From: an uncultured Bacilli bacterium
Lineage (GTDB): Bacteria > Bacillota_I > Bacilli_A > RF39 > UBA660
Direction: 5' to 3'
DNA: 46,371 nucleotides
NCBI GenBank assembly: GCA_944363675.1
Contig: CALVUT010000084.1
Location: 1 to 46,371 of the forward strand
Position numbers and translations under genes: made by a program. Each line of letters begins with the position of its first letter. Position 1 is the stretch's first letter. This document shows, piece after piece, positions 44,051 to 46,371 of this stretch. Below the pieces are notes generated by a model. That model was not told the DNA's origin and did no database searches. It worked only from the letters and a program-made list of their open reading frames with translations.

Positions 44051-45306
44051 TAAGCCTCCTTCAAACTATTCTCATTTAATAAAAAATCATAAATACTCAT
44101 ATAAATAATGCCATGTTCATCTTGCCATTTAATAAAATGATCATAAACAACAACTATCTTTTTAAAGCTATCGTCAACACTCAATAAAGATTGAAGTTCT
44201 TGAGATCTTTTATCATCATCCATGATGTTATAAGCCGATTGAATATAATATTTTTCACTCCCTTTATTTACAACAAAATCAATCTCTAATTGTTTATACT
44301 CTTTCTTGCCATTGCCGTTGCTCTGTCTTTTTTCAACAACACCAATATCTACATTAAACCCACGTTTTTTCAGCTCAGTAAATAAAATGTTTTCCATAAT
44401 GTGATTTTTTTCGATCTGTCTAAAATTAATTAGACTATTACGAATTCCTATATCTACAAAATAATACTTCGCTGGAGTTTCAATATACTTCTTTCCTTTA
44501 ATATCATAACGTTTAGCTTTTTCTACTAAAAAAGCTTCTTCTAGATATTTTAAATATAAGGCAATCGTTTTTGTAGTAATATTCTTATTTCCCTTACTCA
44601 CAAAAGTATTAAATAACTTAGTTGGATTTGTTAAAGAGCCAATACTGGAAGAAATCACCTCAATTAAAGTACGCAATTCCGCATCATTACGAATATCATT
44701 GCGTTCAATTACATCATTGATATATACATTGTCGCATTGATAGCTTAGATATCCAATTTTCTCTTCAGCAGTTTTAAAAGTCGCAATTAAAGGCAATCCA
44801 CCATAAAGTATATATTCATCAAAACCTTCGATAGAATTTCCTTTATATATAGACATAAACTCTGAAAAACTTAACGGGTATACCCGAATTTCATCTCCAC
44901 GACCCCTAAATTCTGTCACAATATCACTTGATAAAAATTTAGAATTACTGCCCGTAACATAAACATCCAGATTTTTTTTGCGCAAAAAACTATTTAAAAC
45001 GCTTTCAAAATTTTCTACTTTTTGAATTTCATCTAAAAGAATATAATAAGTCTTGTCATCAATTACTTTGCCCATCACATAATCATAAAGCTTTTTCGGA
45101 TCAAGATATTCCATATTTTCAATCGAATCTAATTCTAACTTTATAATATGGTCAGAATCCACCCCATTTTCTAATAAATAATTTTTAAAAATGGGATCTA
45201 AAAGATAAGATTTACCACATCTTCGAATTCCGGTTACAATCTTAATTAACTGATTTTGCTTTTTTTGTATTAGCTTATTTAAATAATAATCTCTTTTAAT
45301 TTCCAT
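44050..45306 (-). CDS. AAA-type ATPase with a C-terminal DUF4143 / PD-(D/E)xK-like domain
   Basis: Walker A-like GIRRCGKS, Walker B YILLDEIQ. C-terminal ...YKQLEIDFVVNKGSEKYYIQSAY resembles the nuclease-like module of the AAA_14/DUF4143 family. Confidence 0.75.
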   Translation of the reverse strand: MEIKRDYYLNKLIQKKQNQLIKIVTGIRRCGKSYLLDPIFKNYLLENGVDSDHIIKLELDSIENMEYLDPKKLYDYVMGKVIDDKTYYILLDEIQKVENFESVLNSFLRKKNLDVYVTGSNSKFLSSDIVTEFRGRGDEIRVYPLSFSEFMSIYKGNSIEGFDEYILYGGLPLIATFKTAEEKIGYLSYQCDNVYINDVIERNDIRNDAELRTLIEVISSSIGSLTNPTKLFNTFVSKGNKNITTKTIALYLKYLEEAFLVEKAKRYDIKGKKYIETPAKYYFVDIGIRNSLINFRQIEKNHIMENILFTELKKRGFNVDIGVVEKRQSNGNGKKEYKQLEIDFVVNKGSEKYYIQSAYNIMDDDKRSQELQSLLSVDDSFKKIVVVYDHFIKWQDEHGIIYMSIYDFLLNENSLKEA

Positions 45307-45355
45307 ATTACATCACAGCTACATTATACCTCAAAAAGAATCTTTTTAGCAATCC

Positions 45356-45397
45356 CTATTCCCAAAAAACTGGAAAAGGACACTTTTTTGGAAATAG
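45356..45397. repeat. Palindromic element, copy B (14 bp stem with 1 mismatch, 14 nt loop)
   Basis: CTATTCCCAAAAAA-CTGGAAAAGGACAC-TTTTTTGGAAATAG. The loop is the exact reverse complement of the copy A loop. It abuts the TAG stop of the 119 aa gene. Confidence 0.85.
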
Positions 45398-45757
45398 CTA
45401 AATATTATCGTTCATTAAAGCATCTTTCCGTAATTGAATAAGTTCATCTTTAATCTTGTCAATTTCACTTTCCACATCTGTAATATCATTTTTAGAAACA
45501 GGAGAATTTTGTTTCATCTTATGTTTAACTGTCTGACTTTGGGCCGAAATCGTTAAAATAGTCTGTCCCAACTGTTCAAAAAAATTACCCAAAGAATTTT
45601 GCTGATTAATGCTAAGCGTCGGAGCAATAGCCATACCTATTAAAGTAGCAATACTGACAAACTCATAAGCATTTAAAGTATTTATCCAATTTGCCAAGAA
45701 GCCAAAATCTTGATGCATAAACTCATTAAAAGCTTTATTATCATAACAGTTCTTCAT
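45398..45757 (-). CDS. Hypothetical protein (119 aa; one hydrophobic segment, helical C-terminus)
   Basis: Open frame with coding-like composition (FVSIATLIGMAIAPTL; ...ESEIDKIKDELIQLRKD). No family recognised. Confidence 0.45.
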   Translation of the reverse strand: MKNCYDNKAFNEFMHQDFGFLANWINTLNAYEFVSIATLIGMAIAPTLSINQQNSLGNFFEQLGQTILTISAQSQTVKHKMKQNSPVSKNDITDVESEIDKIKDELIQLRKDALMNDNI

Positions 45758-45811
45758 AAAACATTGTATGAAAAATAGTCATTATTTATTTTAAAGAAAA
45801 GAAAAAAGACC

Positions 45812-46180
45812 TTATAAAGTAGTCTTATAAAGTCCATGTAAATTACAATAAGCATAAATTGCTTTAATATCGGAAGTATTTAAAAAAGTTGCCGTAGGCT
45901 CATCCCCAGGATTCAAATATTTAATAGAATACCCATCGCTTCTTTCAACTAAAATCCACATAATATAATGTTCTTCCGTCATAGGATGATCCACTTCACC
46001 TACTCGAACAACACATTCATTATCCTTCATTTCATATACAGGTAAATGTTTTTCGTGTGCTCCATCGCTTGTATTTACTTCTAACTCTTTTAAAACTTCT
46101 CCACAACAAGTGAGCGCCTCACTTTTATCTTCAATTTTAGCTAATATATTGCCACATCTAAAGCAACGATATATCTTCAT
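45812..46180 (-). CDS. dfx: Desulfoferrodoxin (2Fe superoxide reductase)
   Basis: N-terminal desulforedoxin-like CxxC...CC (YRCFRCGN...LTCCGE). SOR centre EKHLPV...HPMTEEHYIMWI...CNLHGL. Start at MKIYRC (ATG 46180). Confidence 0.85.
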   Translation of the reverse strand: MKIYRCFRCGNILAKIEDKSEALTCCGEVLKELEVNTSDGAHEKHLPVYEMKDNECVVRVGEVDHPMTEEHYIMWILVERSDGYSIKYLNPGDEPTATFLNTSDIKAIYAYCNLHGLYKTTL

Positions 46181-46341
46181 TTTTACCACACTCCTACATT
46201 CATTATAGAATAATTTTTGTATTCACGCAACCACAAGTTTTTTAATGTTAATCCTTTTTTAAAAAGATACCTTATCATTAATAAAAAAGATTCCGATATA
46301 TATTGTATAATATCTCTTTGGAAAGGAGATGTTTTTATTAT

Positions 46342-46371
46342 ATGCATAATAAAGAGTATGCTTTAAAACTT
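46342..46371 (+). CDS. Possible 5' end of a gene running off the window
   Basis: ATG 46342 (MHNKEYALKL...) lies 12 nt after aaaggag, with an extended -10 TGTATAAT upstream. Only 10 codons are visible. Confidence 0.2.
   Translation, partial: MHNKEYALKL

Noticed and set aside
44007-45397. The palindromes could be integron attC sites, making this a gene cassette array.
   Set aside because: The element reads GTTATTC...GAATAAC, with GTT/AAC at the outer ends. This is the opposite arrangement to attC (RYYYAAC...GTTRRRY). GTTATTC does not fit GTTRRRY, and no intI gene is present.
1-46371. I looked for CRISPR arrays, tRNA/rRNA genes, IS elements or transposases, and prophage blocks.
   Set aside because: I saw no regularly spaced direct repeats, no cloverleaf-like or rRNA-like segments in the intergenic regions, and no transposase or phage structural ORFs. 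The only recombinase is the Xer-type enzyme.

Overview
This 46.4 kb window is a chromosomal segment of an AT-rich, spore-forming Bacillota-type genome. Conserved genes end in TGA (xseA, rarA, xerD-like), so it uses genetic code 11. Most of the window is housekeeping.

Gene content by region:
- 1-24 kb, mainly + strand: yidD, rnc, smc, def, MYG1-like, ftsW/rodA-like, a pilC/pilD pair, htpG, mutS, nusB, xseAB, proS, spoIVB, spoIIM-like, mnmA.
- 25.7-32.3 kb, mixed strands: zupT, a metallophosphoesterase, xerD-like, rarA, a gpsA-like gene, tcdA.
- 32.6-46.2 kb, all CDS on the - strand except a small XRE regulator: a disrupted surface-protein gene, a HerA-like ATPase, a T-box-controlled asnS-aspS-gatCAB operon, an AAA/DUF4143-type ATPase, desulfoferrodoxin.

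Signals not explained by the ORF track:
1. A near-canonical 28 bp dif site at 25357-25384 sits at the point where gene orientation converges, inside a 1.7 kb islet of decayed ORFs. This implies the replication terminus.
2. A paralogous surface-protein family is present as a truncated copy right after an orphan pilC-pilD pair. The long copy lies beside the monocistronic HerA-like ATPase and carries a frame offset plus an in-frame TGA.
3. Two copies of a ~42 bp palindrome each start at the TAG stop of consecutive genes and bracket the DUF4143-type ATPase. Their stems are nearly identical and their 14 nt loops are exact reverse complements.
4. A ~170 nt structured RNA with its own promoter lies directly upstream of tcdA, the position of 6S-1 RNA in B. 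subtilis.
5. A CIRCE operator overlaps the htpG promoter, and an Asn-specifier T-box precedes asnS.

I saw no CRISPR array, tRNA/rRNA gene or transposase. No complete, clearly novel multi-gene system can be demonstrated from sequence alone. The best candidates are items 2 and 3.
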